DNA of 35,103 nt from Octopus bimaculoides (Eukaryota), in the NCBI RefSeq assembly GCF_001194135.2, contig NC_069000.1:38647387-38682489 (forward strand), read 5' to 3'. Positions 10,580 to 21,745 of this stretch are shown here, piece by piece. The position numbers and the translations under genes are program-made. The notes under the pieces were generated by a model. That model ran no database searches. It was not told the DNA's origin and saw only the letters and a program-made list of their open reading frames with translations. Numbering within the stretch: the first letter of the stretch is position 1; each line of letters starts with the position of its first letter.

Positions 10580-11368
10580 CGATATATATACATTAGGGTA
10601 ATGACTTTTAAATTTTTTTCTGAATTTGAACATGGCCTGGGCGACTTGCTATGAGAATTGATGAGAAAACAGTGACCAGCACTTCGTTTTTTATTAACTT
10701 TCAAAAACCTTCCCACCAACTAATATCTCTATTTTCAAATGCGTCACACTTGCATTGCTTTAGTCAAACTCACATTACATTCGGTATTATTGCTTCACGC
10801 TGTTTTATTAGATTTAAAGGGGTTTATGACTGAAGTTACTTCATGACCCCCAAATACCAGTAACGAAATATACAGTGGTAAAAGTCGTTTCACGTATTGA
10901 GTAGTATTATTTGTTGTTGAGATAATCGGTGAATGCATTATTCTTTCTATTACAGATATTGAAATATATTGCTTTAATCAGTGAAATACAAACATCAATC
11001 ATGTCATTTAAGCAGTCAAGTCAAGCAGTTGCAGCAAACGAATAAAAGGTGGTAAAAATATAACTAACTTTGAAAAGTCTGTTAAAAAGCAAAGAATTAT
11101 AACGAATGTGACACATGAGTTGACTGAACTAATTAGAATCCTCAGAAAATCCAGCATCATTGTAAGGTATAACGCATTAGCAAATGTTTAAAAATCCAGA
11201 CATGCAAGAAATCAGATCATTGATCAGGAACTAGAGAATCTATGGTAAAAATTTGATTTTCCGTGTATAACATTAAAGTCTCTTGTAAGAAAAGTAAATG
11301 CTTTGCTGACAGGGTTCGATACCCGTTTGGAACGTCCGAAACTAGGTCAAAATAATTTTGAAGATTTG

Positions 11369-11592
11369 TTTACTCTTTTACTCTTTTACTTGTTTCAGTC
11401 ATTTGACTGCGGCCATGCTGGAGCACCGCCTTTAGTCGAATCAAATCGACCCCAGGAATTATTCTTTGTAAGCCTACTACTTCTTCTATCGGTCTTATTT
11501 GCCGAACCGCTAGATTACGGGGACCTAAACACACCAGCATCGGTTGTCAAGCGATGTTGGGGGGACAAACACAGATACACAACATATACACA

Positions 11593-11633
<41 letters not shown>

Positions 11634-12091
11634 NNNNNNNNNNNNNNNNNNNNNNNNNNNNNNNNNNNNNNNNNNNNNNNNNNNNNNNNNNNNNNNNNNN
11701 NNNNNNNNNNNNNNNNNNNNNNNNNNNNNNNNNNNNNNNNNNNNNNNNNNNNNNNNNNNNNNNNNNNNNNNNNNNNNNNNNNNNNNNNNNNNNNNNNNNN
11801 NNNNNNNNNNNNNNNNNNNNNNNNNNNNNNNNNNNNNNNNNATATAATCGACTTAATCCGTTTGTCTGTCCTTGTTTGTCCCCTCTGTGTGTAGCCCCTT
11901 GTGGGTAGTAAAGAAATAACATATATATATATACAACGGGCTTCTTTCAGTTTCCGTCTACCAAATCCACTCACAAGGCTTTGGTCGGCCCGAGGCCTTA
12001 GTAGAAGACACTTGCCCAAGGTGCCACGCAGTGGGACTGAACCCGGAGCCATGTATTTGGTAAGCAAGTTACTTACCACACAGCCACTCCT
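11369..12091 (-). mobile_element. Family D SINE (tRNA head + CORE-like block + internal TA microsatellite + 3' module), full length, containing a nested element
   Basis: Minus strand: aggagtggctgtgtggtaag (A box)...gggttcagtccc (B box)...caccttgggcaagtgtctt (CORE-like)...gaaagaagcccg; TA run; 3' module ending in (AAAGAGTA)n at 11369-11390. Confidence 0.9.
11842..11919 (+). mobile_element. 3' tail of a family B subfamily SINE nested in the microsatellite of family D
   Basis: atataatcgacttaatcc...gtccttgtttgtcccctctgtgtgtagccccttgtggg is nearly the reverse complement of 22622-22700. Confidence 0.9.
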
Positions 12092-12373
12092 GAATCAACA
12101 TGGCAGCTGGTTATCTAAAGAAGACCAAAGACTTTTACGGTACACAAATTCAAAGTGGCGGTATAACTGGCTACACCACATCTCGGTTAGCTACGGTTCA
12201 TCCTTCAAGCGAATGAATACCTTCCTCGTCGAAAGTGTCAGCTTCAATTTCACAAGCGTTTCTCCCATATGCTGAAACAGGTAAAGTAACGTGCCTAAAA
12301 ACGTCTTCAAATATTACACAATTCTTTTTGTATGCATCGATGTCAGAAATATGTACCCAACTTCTTGCAGATA

Positions 12374-12409
<36 letters not shown>

Positions 12410-12480
12410 TAGAAACCCCTACTTCTGATTCTGCACATGAAATCACATTACCAATAGACGTAATTTATCGGTTTGCATAA

Positions 12481-12580
12481 GAGATTGATAGAATAAGTAT
12501 CAGGCGTTAAAAAATACTAGGGTCCGAAGGCGGTGTCCCAGCAGGGTCGTGGTCTGATGAGTAAACACGTAAATGATAAA
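12481..12580 (+). mobile_element. Family D 3' module fragment
   Basis: gatagaataagtatcaggc...aaggcggtgtcccagcagggtcg resembles the D 3' module. Confidence 0.55.
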
Positions 12581-12627
12581 GGAAAACATTTCGGTGAGTC
12601 AAGGTGAACTCTGAAGCCAACAGAAAG

Positions 12628-12662
12628 TAGAGAGAGAGAGAGAAAGAAAGAGAGAGAGAGAG

Positions 12663-12740
<78 letters not shown>
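12628..12740. repeat. (GA)n/(GAAA)n microsatellite
   Basis: Direct purine run. Confidence 0.95.
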
Positions 12741-12741
<1 letters not shown>

Positions 12742-12774
12742 AATATGTAATAAAATAAATACAGGCGTTGCTGG

Positions 12775-13164
12775 TCTGTTCTGTTGGTACTCCGTCGCTT
12801 ACGACGACGAGGGTTCCAGTCGATCCGATCAACGGAACAGCCTGCTCGTGAAGTTAACGTGCAAATGGTTGAGCACTCCACAGACACGTGTACCCTTAAT
12901 GTAGTTCTCGGGGACATTCAGCGTGACACAGTGTGACAAGGCTGACCCTTTGAATTACAGGCACAACAGAAACAGGAAGTAAGATTGAGAGAAAGTTGTG
13001 GTGGAAGAGTACAGCAGGTTTCGCCACCATCCCCTGCCGGAATCTCGTGGAGCTTTAGGTGTTTTCGCTCAATAAACACTAACAACGCCCGGTCTGGGAA
13101 TCGAAACCGCGATCCTATGACCGCGAGTCCGCTGCCCTAACCATTGGGCCATTGCGCCTCCACC
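12775..13164 (-). mobile_element. Family C SINE, full length, 11-bp TSD
   Basis: Colinear with 5723-6116. The TSD ggcgttgctgg is at 12764-12774 and 13165-13175, with a short (AACAG)n tail. Confidence 0.95.
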
Positions 13165-13474
13165 GGCGTTGCTGGAATGGTTTGAGAAGCAGAAGTAATG
13201 ATGAAGGCGATTCATATAGGTAAAAACAACGTAAAATATCAATAAAAAATGTTTTAAAAGTATTAAGAATAATACGAAATTAATTAAATAACAACTGAGA
13301 ATAATACGAAAATAATTGAATAATAATTAAGAATGATATGAAAACAAGGAAATAAATATTTTCAGCTTCTTTCGATAGTTGTTTTATGGAGCTTGACTCG
13401 TTTTAAGATATATTTTCACGCGTCCATTAAATATAACTTAAATTACTATTATTACATGGTACTATTGCTTCCAA

Positions 13475-13476
<2 letters not shown>

Positions 13477-13515
<39 letters not shown>

Positions 13516-13731
13516 GCTAGCTAGCTAGCTATCTATCTATCTATCTATCTATCTGTGTCTCTGTCTGTCTATCTGTCTGTCTCTGTCTCTCTCTGCCTGC
13601 CTGCCTGCCTGCTTGTCTGTCTTTCTGTCTATCTGCCTGCAAGCCTGTATATCTGTGTCTCTGCCTGCCCGACTGTTTGTCTGCCTGACCGACTGTTTGC
13701 TTGCTTGCCCGCCTGCTTATCTATCTATCTT

Positions 13732-13762
<31 letters not shown>

Positions 13763-13801
13763 GTGCCTGTGTCAGTGTGCCTGCTCCTCTCTCTCTCTCT
13801 C
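13477..13801. repeat. Compound (TATC)n/(TAGC)n/(TGTC)n/(TGCC)n/(TC)n microsatellite
   Basis: Direct tetranucleotide runs. Confidence 0.95.
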
Positions 13802-15249
13802 TTCACACACAAACATACATACTCATATATATATTTTTGTAGTTGCAAATGTGTACACACGTATGTGTGTGCCCGAATGTCTGTATGACGGTGGACATGT
13901 CCCTGTTCTTTTATTCGATTTTACAAAAGTGTGTATGTTTTTCTCGCCAATATTCTATAAACATATAAAGATATAGGACAATATTCTGTGTTCAAAATGA
14001 TAAATATTACTGCTGTAATTTTCGTCCCGAAGGACAACTATTTGTTCAGCCACAGACCGTTTTGAACATTATTATTCTGTTTTCAAATATCATTTTTCCC
14101 AAATCGTTGCGATCTGTCATTATTAAACAGTGACGTTTATTGTATCTAAGGTTAGCTACTGGTCATAAAAATGCATGATAAATAAATATTACTGTTTCTA
14201 TAGAATATAGTTCTATGCGATCATATTTTCCTTGAGGGGATACGTAGCTTAGCAAAACAGGATTGACTAACTAACTAAATATATCGATAAATATGTGAAA
14301 ATAAATGAAACTTTGGACTTCGTTTGAAAAAAAGAAAAAGAATGAAACCTTGATATAAAGCTGCTTTAACATTAATCGAGGCTACCTATTGTAATTCATC
14401 AATCGAAACGCTGAGTTAATGAAGCATACAACACTGTGTAAATGTGAAACGAAATGGTGACTAAATATTGCGTTAGAAGACTTCACATCTGAATTAACTG
14501 GATATCAGCCAATCAAACAATCAATAAACAAAACGCCAATCTAATTATTTCTCATGCGTTAAAAACTCTTTATAACTTTTCGATGTGTTTGTCAGAAGAA
14601 ATGAATGAAATATCAAAAGATGACTTGAACATGGATAATAGTTAGAGGTTAGTCACAACGCATGAAATATGAAAGCAACAAGCTTAATCTAAATTCCTCT
14701 CTGGGTGACCAAACCATCAGCATCGCAAACATGTCTTCAAAGAATAAGAAGATTATGAAGCAGCTTAGCTGGGAATTTAAAAAAAATGTTTTTAAAAAAG
14801 CTAGAAAACATCGATTTGCTAAGAAAAGAAAATTATTACACGATATTCGATAATGTAATTTGATAATGCACTCGATAATTTGATAACAGCCATAAAGCTT
14901 GTAACCACAGGCAAAGAGAGGAAAATAGTAGCCCATGGCTTGAGCCTGTGTTTGCATGTTCTTGTGTGGTCGATATGATGAAGCCAGTTAAATATATGCG
15001 TAATGACACAGTTCGTAGTTCGAAATTTTCTTGTACCGGAATAGTCTCGGTAAGCTTTTAGTTTATATTTCTTTAGTTTAATGTAAGGACATGAAGATGT
15101 CTAATTTTCTATATAAAAAGAGACCCGTTTGAGTCCAATCTGGAGATTTTCAGTTACACAGAGTTGACGATGTCCTTCACAGACTTTATATTACTTTAAT
15201 TTTTACTACAATAGTCTCTTTTATTATGGAGTTGCTATCTACGCACTTT

Positions 15250-15960
15250 AGAAATCACATATATTTTCAAAACTTTGTTACAGTTAAATGAATTATCGCT
15301 CATTCCGATTGATGTTTCTTTACAATACATTCTACCAATTTTACATCTGTTCTCTGTAATCTTAATTTTCTTGTATTTCCAAATTTATGGTTGTGGTTAG
15401 AGATTTGAATTTCGGTGATACCCATATAACTCTCACTGACCTTAGAATATTTCGAAGTTTTCATCATGTCAGTTTTGAAGAAAGGGAATGACTACTTAGT
15501 GGAAGGAATGGTCTTGCTTTAACTCCATAGAAGATTAAAGCAGGTAATTCTCCCTTCTGAAGTTTGGAGTTATTTGCTGTGGGTTGCATTTTGTATTTCT
15601 ATTTGCTATTAAAACCACCGCTAGCTCGATTTCTGTTGTGGTATTGGGTGATCATTTAAAAATATGACAAAGGTAGATAGTATTTTAGATATTCTTTGTC
15701 AAATACTCTCTGTTATAATGTGTATGATCGTGAGCGGGTGGTTGAAGCTCTTGTTTATATACTTTTTGTCGCTTGTTATACTTTAGGGTTGCGATTGCTG
15801 GTGTTTAAGCTTAGTGTTGCCCAAACGAATTTATTATTTGAATTTGTGCATTTATTATAATTAAAATATCTTTTTTTCTGATTTTAGCCTTGTCACACCG
15901 AGCATGTATGTGTTATGACAGGTCCATCATCTATGGAAAGTTCTATGGTAAGGAATATAT
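15250..15960 (-). mobile_element. Penelope-like retroelement remnant (RT C-terminal part and GIY-YIG fragment), multiply disrupted
   Basis: Minus frames give ELSIDDG (15921-15943, cf. GLYRDDG), KFVWATLSLNT (cf. NFLDVTLNL), YINKSFNHPLTII...QRISK (15724-15761, cf. YINxxSNHPPxII) and ESYMGITE (15411-15434, cf. GIY-YIG YIG motif). Boundaries are approximate. Confidence 0.75.
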
Positions 15961-18199
15961 TTTGCTACGTGTGTATGATATATACTTCATTCAAGTAGCA
16001 ATTTTCTCTCTAGGAATGATCAGTGGTTTGCATAAGCGACGACGTTGACAGGGAGAACGTGAGCAGCGTAACTAATTCGTGTATTCCAGATGATCTTCGG
16101 TGCAGAGACTAAGGATAAATTTCTGAAATCCTGAACTGAATTTAAAAATCCATACGTATAGGTTTGTAAATTATGAATCAGGCCTGATTATGATGTGCAC
16201 AGAAGATGAACGAGTGTTCCACCAGTATGTGGTCCAAACCGGTCTCAGCTGAGTAGTGTATAATGCTCATTCTTTCGCTTTCCTTTGATACAGGCAGGAA
16301 AAATGTTGCTTGCCTCAAGTCACAAAGCTGATATGTGGGAAAATGGACAGTCTTCTTTAAATTTTGGTCTGTATTTTGCAAGCTGAAAGTTGTCGAGGTT
16401 TTAAGATACTCTGATCCTACCTAGGTGCCGTACGTTCAGAGTGATTAACTTTCGTTGCATATTTTGTAAGTTTGTTTCTAACCCTCAAATATTATAGATG
16501 TTGGTATTGTTTGGCCCCCAGCACTATACTATAATGGAGCACATTATGATCAAAGGAAATCCCACAATTTTTAAGGTTACATGTGACTATATTACCCGGT
16601 ATGTTATCTCCACATTTTACATAACAGAAAGTGAAATGAGGGAGATTTGGCCGCTATTCGAACATATCGAACGCGTTTGCTGGGATTGAACCCCAGTCCA
16701 TGTATTTGTATATTTATGCTCCCACATATTTCGTTGCCCATTTTATATACACCATTTCATATTAAACGCATATCATGAATTGTATATGAGTTTATATATT
16801 TGATAACTTCTTTAATGTGAATAAGGAAATTAATTATATATTTGACAACTTTATTGTCAGCGAGGAATTTATTCAATTTCTTTTTTGTACTTTCTTTAAG
16901 GATATAAATTATTCCCGCAGCAGATTTTAAAATAATTGTCGCAAAAATATTTTAAAAAGGTGGCAGTTAAAACTTTGATTGGCTACAAAGAATTCTTGTC
17001 GTTCCATGTACAGAAAATTAATAGGAAGTAGGTAAGCTGTATAATTGAGCATATGTGGAGAAATTAAAAACATTTTTCTCATGAAATTTAGGCTATTTCT
17101 TCTCTGTTTCAGCTAAACATTCTCTGTAATGATAAAGAAGCTTTAGAGAACAACCGATTAGGTTTAGCAAGACTACAATGATAGAAAACCGTATATTAGG
17201 GCGAAGCTAGTGGTGAGTTTAAAATAGGTTATTAGGACATGCATCATAAACTACTTGCTCGCCCTAAGAGTGTTCTTTCATTCGAAACACAAATATTGAG
17301 GTATCCGATCCAAGTTCAATGGTCTTTTATATGTGGAGATGACGTAACAACAAGACCATGTTATCTTATTTTAGGCAAACGTGTACAGCTTTTTGGCGAT
17401 ACATCCACTGAGTGCTTTGCGGGAAGAAATAAAGATTCTTTCCTTCGGCAACAATATTCCACTAATCCCATCAACGAAATCAAAATGAAGTGTTGCAAAA
17501 AGCCTAAAATGGTATTTGAGATACAGGAAATATCTGAAAGTTGTGCGAGGTACAATGAACCGGAAATGGATAATAATGCCTACAAGCTTTATAAGGCAGA
17601 CTTATTCATTGGTGTCTTGACAGATGTATGAAATAACTTGTTGCAGTTTGGATTATTTAAAACTGTGTAATCTTAAAGATTGTTGACCTGTCGGTAATGC
17701 ACAAGTTCAAGGAGAACTTCAGCAAAAATTCCAAATCTGAAAGAAAAATAAATACTGGCTTGAGTATTTAAGCTTCAGAGCTCACAAATTGGATTAAGCT
17801 TGTCAAACGTCGTGTCATTCAGGCCCCATGAATTTGGGTAGTTCCTATGAGATTCATTCAACACTTCTTAAGATTGGTATAGAAGGTGTCTTTGCTCCGA
17901 AGATGTGTCTTCGTTGGGCTCTGTTGAGTTTAGAGCATTGATTATCACTTCATGTTTGACCGCTGAAACAGATGCAGCCAATATGAATCTAGCTAGTGCT
18001 TGTATCCTCTTTCTGTACAGCAGAGTCTGTTAATATATGAGTCAATGACTACATGTTCAAATTCTGTAGACCACATACTCAATCCATCAAAAGTAACACT
18101 TTTTCATAACTTCTTTATGTTTTGTCATCAAAGCATTTGGAAAACATCATCGGAAGACCAAGGTGGAAAATACCTTATGTTATTTAGCTTTGTTGTCTT

Positions 18200-18358
18200 A
18201 TATTCTGAGTTCAAATCCTACCAGAGCAGCTTCATATTTCATCTATCCGGAGACGATTGACATATAAAAGAAGCACTGGGGTCAATTCAAGTGACTAACA
18301 ATTCTTCAAGGTGGTGCCCCAGTATGGCCGCTGTCGTATATGTGAAACAAGTAAAACA
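18200..18358 (+). mobile_element. SINE with family B-type head/core and family D-type 3' end
   Basis: ttctgagttcaaatcc (B box)...ctggggtcaatt...aggtggtgccccagtatggccgc...tgaaacaagtaaaac. Confidence 0.6.
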
Positions 18359-18796
18359 CGATATATCAACAGGGCAACGCGTTTTGAAAGATTTGCTCTC
18401 CAAACGGACGTTAATTAGGACAATGCACTTTTCAGTTTATTCATATATCTCTCTAGCAATTCTTGTTCCTATTTTTATTCCTCACCAATTATTTTACTGA
18501 CAGATTCAGCTCCACAATTCAACAACGTCATCGGCGACTTTAATCGTATATTTAGCAACAGATAACTTACTTTCTTACTGCAATATATAATCTGTGTCGC
18601 AGTCTTTTTAAACTTCTTATAGTGTTATTCCGGTATCTATAATTCTTTTAAATATTTTAATCTATATTCATTAACAGTGATTTAATATTAATCTTACTTT
18701 GACAAAGGATTGTTTGTTTTTTAAATGCATCTTAAACATCTTTTGTCGTTGATGTTGTTGTTGTTCTCCCCCCTCTTTTTTCTGAAGTCAATGACC

Positions 18797-19330
18797 TTGG
18801 CAGGAACGTGACAGCATAGGAAGAATTGCATAGCAGCATTCTTTCCGGCATTTTAGTACTGAGTTCAAATTCCACCGATATCAACATTGCCTTTCATACT
18901 TTAGGGTACGACAGAATATAATACTAATTTTGTAAAGAAATAAGCATTACTTTTATTCCTAAGGCAACGAGCAGGCAGAAATGTTAGCACGCCGGCCGAA
19001 ATGCTTAGCGGTATTTCGTCTGTCTTTACGTTCTGAGTTCAAATTCCGCGGAGGTCGACATTGCCTTTCATCCTTTCGGGGTCGATAAATTAAGTACCAG
19101 TTGCGTACTGGGGCCGATCTAATCGACTGGCCGCCTACCCCAAAATTTTGGGCCTTGTACCAAGAGTAGAAAGGAATCGTTAGCACGCTGTACGGAGAGC
19201 TTAACACTATTTCACCCGTCGCTACTTTCCGATTTTAAATTCCACCAAGGTCGACTTTGCCTTCCATCCTTACGGGTTCGATAAAAGAAAGCACAGGTTG
19301 GGCACTGGTGCTATGTAATGGATTTATCGT
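18797..19330 (+). mobile_element. Three head-to-tail family B SINE copies (about 18797-18915, 18961-19176, 19177-19330)
   Basis: Repeated gagttcaaattcc B box and gcctttcatcctttcggggtcgataaa core; the middle copy is best preserved. Confidence 0.85.
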
Positions 19331-20005
19331 CTCCATGAAAACTGCTTGAAAATCGCACCGTAAAACTTGATAAAGTTTAGCAGAATTGTTCTCCATTCTC
19401 GCTTTTGATTTGTACTCTTATATTTTAACTCCCAGAGGTGCACAATTAATGATGTAGAGTGTGTGTTTTGAGTAAAAAAAAAAATAATGCATGAAATATT
19501 CTTTTTATATCACAAAAAAAAGAAAAAAGTTATGTTGTGGATATATCTTAACACCAGAGATATATTTGTTATCTTTCTAAGAAATTTTTACCTAGAAGTC
19601 AGATCTCAACGTTTCTACACATACAACTGTAGAATATTTGACCACGTGGGTTATTAAAATGCAAAGCTATATTAGATGCGGTTATAGTAGCCATAGTTTC
19701 AGGTATACACTCAGGGAATCTAGGAGAAATGTTTGTTGCAAATTAGATTCCGAACGAATATTATTAGGCACAGCGTAGCTATTTTATTTGAAGCTGAAAT
19801 AACCTAAAACCCTAGGTTCATACTTCCTACATCTAGCTGTCTGTTTTGTGTAGCTCGAATGTTCATTTTATTTTTGAGATTAGATGCAATTTTAGTATTT
19901 GTATTCACGCTATAAATATTACTCTTCATAGGAAGTTTATAATTAATACATGCAAGTCTATTCCTTTCTCCTATAGTAGTAGTAGAAGAAGAACATGCTA
20001 CTATA

Positions 20006-20211
20006 GTAGGAAGGAATATAGCAGAAATTTGGGGGAAGAGGTGAGTCAATTACATCGATGCCAGTGAGTAACTGGTATTTCTTTCATCAGCCCCAAAAAG
20101 ACGAAAGACAATGCCGACTTCAGCGGAATTTGAACTCAGAACGTAAACATAGACGAAATACTGCTAAACATTTTGCCCGGCGTTCTAACGTTTCTCCCAG
20201 CTCGCCGTCTC
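20006..20211 (-). mobile_element. Family B SINE (first of tandem pair)
   Basis: aactggtattt...gcggaatttgaactcagaacg...cgttctaacgtttctcccagctcgccg. Confidence 0.85.
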
Positions 20212-20227
20212 AGTACACGTAGCCATA

Positions 20228-20445
20228 TTCTTTTCTACTCTAGGCACAAGGCCCGAAATTTTGGGGGAAAAGGGCCAGTCGATTAGATCGACCCTAGTAT
20301 GCAACTGGTACTTCATTTATCGACCCCAAAAGGATGAATGGCAAAATCGACCTCTGCGGAATTTGAACTCTGAACGTAAAGACAGACGAAATGCCACTAA
20401 GCATTTCGCCGGGCGGTGTTAACGTTTCTGCCAGCTCGTCGCCTT
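20228..20445 (-). mobile_element. Family B SINE (second of tandem pair)
   Basis: ttcttttctactctaggcacaaggcccgaaa...atcgaccccaaaaggatgaa...gaatttgaactc...ctgccagctcgtcgcctt. Confidence 0.9.
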
Positions 20446-20758
20446 AGTACATGTTGCTATATTAACACTTAAGTTAAAAGTACTATACAAGACATTACTG
20501 AGTACTGAAAGACTGGTGGTAATCTATGTGACGAGGAAAATTATTTTAAGTGTTAAAAAAATTTCTTTGGTCATATTTGACTTAACCTGTGAGAGAATAC
20601 GGAGGTTGATACCAGAATATACTTGTCCTGCCTTTCTATGACTTGTAGACTTGATTCTAGTTACTCCTGACTTATCTGTTTAGGTATATTCATTTATAGA
20701 AATATTGACTTCAAATTTTGGAAGCAGAAGGCAAGTAAATTTGAGTATATCAGAATGT

Positions 20759-21352
20759 ATGAAAATGTTGGATATACGGAAGTATGAAACCAATGCGGTT
20801 GTAATAATCCTTTCTACTAGAGGTAGAAGGCCTGAAATTTTTGAGGAGGGGACTAGTCGATGACATCGACTCCAGTGTTTCACTGGTACTTAATTTATCG
20901 AACCCGAAAGGTTGGACGGCAAAGTCGATCCCAGTAGAATTTGAACTCAGAATGTTGCGACGAGCGAAATACCGCTCAGCGTTTTGTCCAACGTGCTAAC
21001 GACTCTGTCAGCTCGCCGCCTTAAATGATGGTTGTAATAATACAATACATGAAAGCGGCTAGCTGGCAGAATTGTTAACAGGCCGGGAAAAATATAATCT
21101 TATATAGTTTTGCATTATAATAACCCACCTAGTAACCATTCAGTAGTTGTATGTATAGATACGTTGAGATCCGACTTCTAGATGAAAAAAATGTGAAGTT
21201 GTCGTCGGCGGAATTTGAGCTCAGAACCTGGAGACAGAAAGTCGTTAAACATTTTTCATGGACTGCTAACAATTTTGCCAGCTAGCCGCTTTCATGCCCT
21301 GTATTATTATAACCTCATTGGTTTCATACTTCCGTATATCGAACATTTTCAT
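20759..21352. repeat. Fold-back inverted duplication (about 100-bp arms), left arm interrupted by a SINE
   Basis: 20759-20808 versus reverse complement of 21303-21352 is 47/50 identical. 21030-21093 versus reverse complement of 21251-21314 is 55/64 identical. Both counted by hand. Confidence 0.85.
20809..21022 (-). mobile_element. Family B SINE with TSD
   Basis: Full family B match; flanking repeat ggttgtaataat at 20797-20808 and 21030-21041. Confidence 0.9.
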
Positions 21353-21484
21353 TCACTGCTGCATTGTAATTTACGAGATTCTTCATTACAACAGTTATTA
21401 CACTTATGCTTGAGTGTCCTAAAACGCTCCAAGCAACATCTTAACGCCCGTTGTAAAATTTACTTGTATTGCTTGTTCTGCCAT

Positions 21485-21745
21485 GGGAAGAGCATCGGGC
21501 TCGCAATCATGAAGCAGTGAGTTCGATTCTCAACGTATGCTGTGACTTGTGTTCTTGAGCAAGGTACTTTATTTCACGTTGCTCCAGTTGACTCATCTGT
21601 AGAAATAAGTTGCGACGTCACTGGTGCCAAGTTGTATTGGCCTTTGCCTTTCCCTTGGATAACATATTTGGCTAATATGCATGGGTGACGGCTGGTCTCC
21701 CCTAAACAACCTTGCCCGGAATTGTTCCTCGAAGGGGACCTTTCT
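21485..21745 (+). mobile_element. tRNA/CORE-like SINE with a distinct 3' module
   Basis: gtgagttcgattc (B box), then tgtgttcttgagcaaggtactttatttcacgttgctccagt (CORE-like). Confidence 0.7.

Larger units (their letters stand above)
10930..12480 (+). pseudogene. Decayed DNA transposase N-terminal region, split by a SINE insertion
   Basis: IIDQELENLW*KFDFPCITLKSLVRKVNALL (from 11216)...NFEDLF, then the SINE at 11369-12091, then GSWLSKEDQRL / YGTQIQSGGITGYTTSRLATVHPS with a frameshift. From memory this resembles the N-terminus of Spy/PIF-Harbinger-group transposases; not verified by search. Boundaries are approximate. Confidence 0.5.

Noticed and set aside
12221-12271. Neat 51-nt minus-strand exon candidate (AYGRNACEIEADTFDEEG) with AG/GT boundaries
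   Set aside because: It lies antisense within the putative transposase remnant and has no supporting neighbouring exons. It is probably chance, though exonisation cannot be excluded without RNA-seq.
14649-14957. Lys-rich short ORFs at 14662-14853 and 14649-14957
   Set aside because: Low-complexity A-rich composition with no recognisable domain or convincing splice pair.
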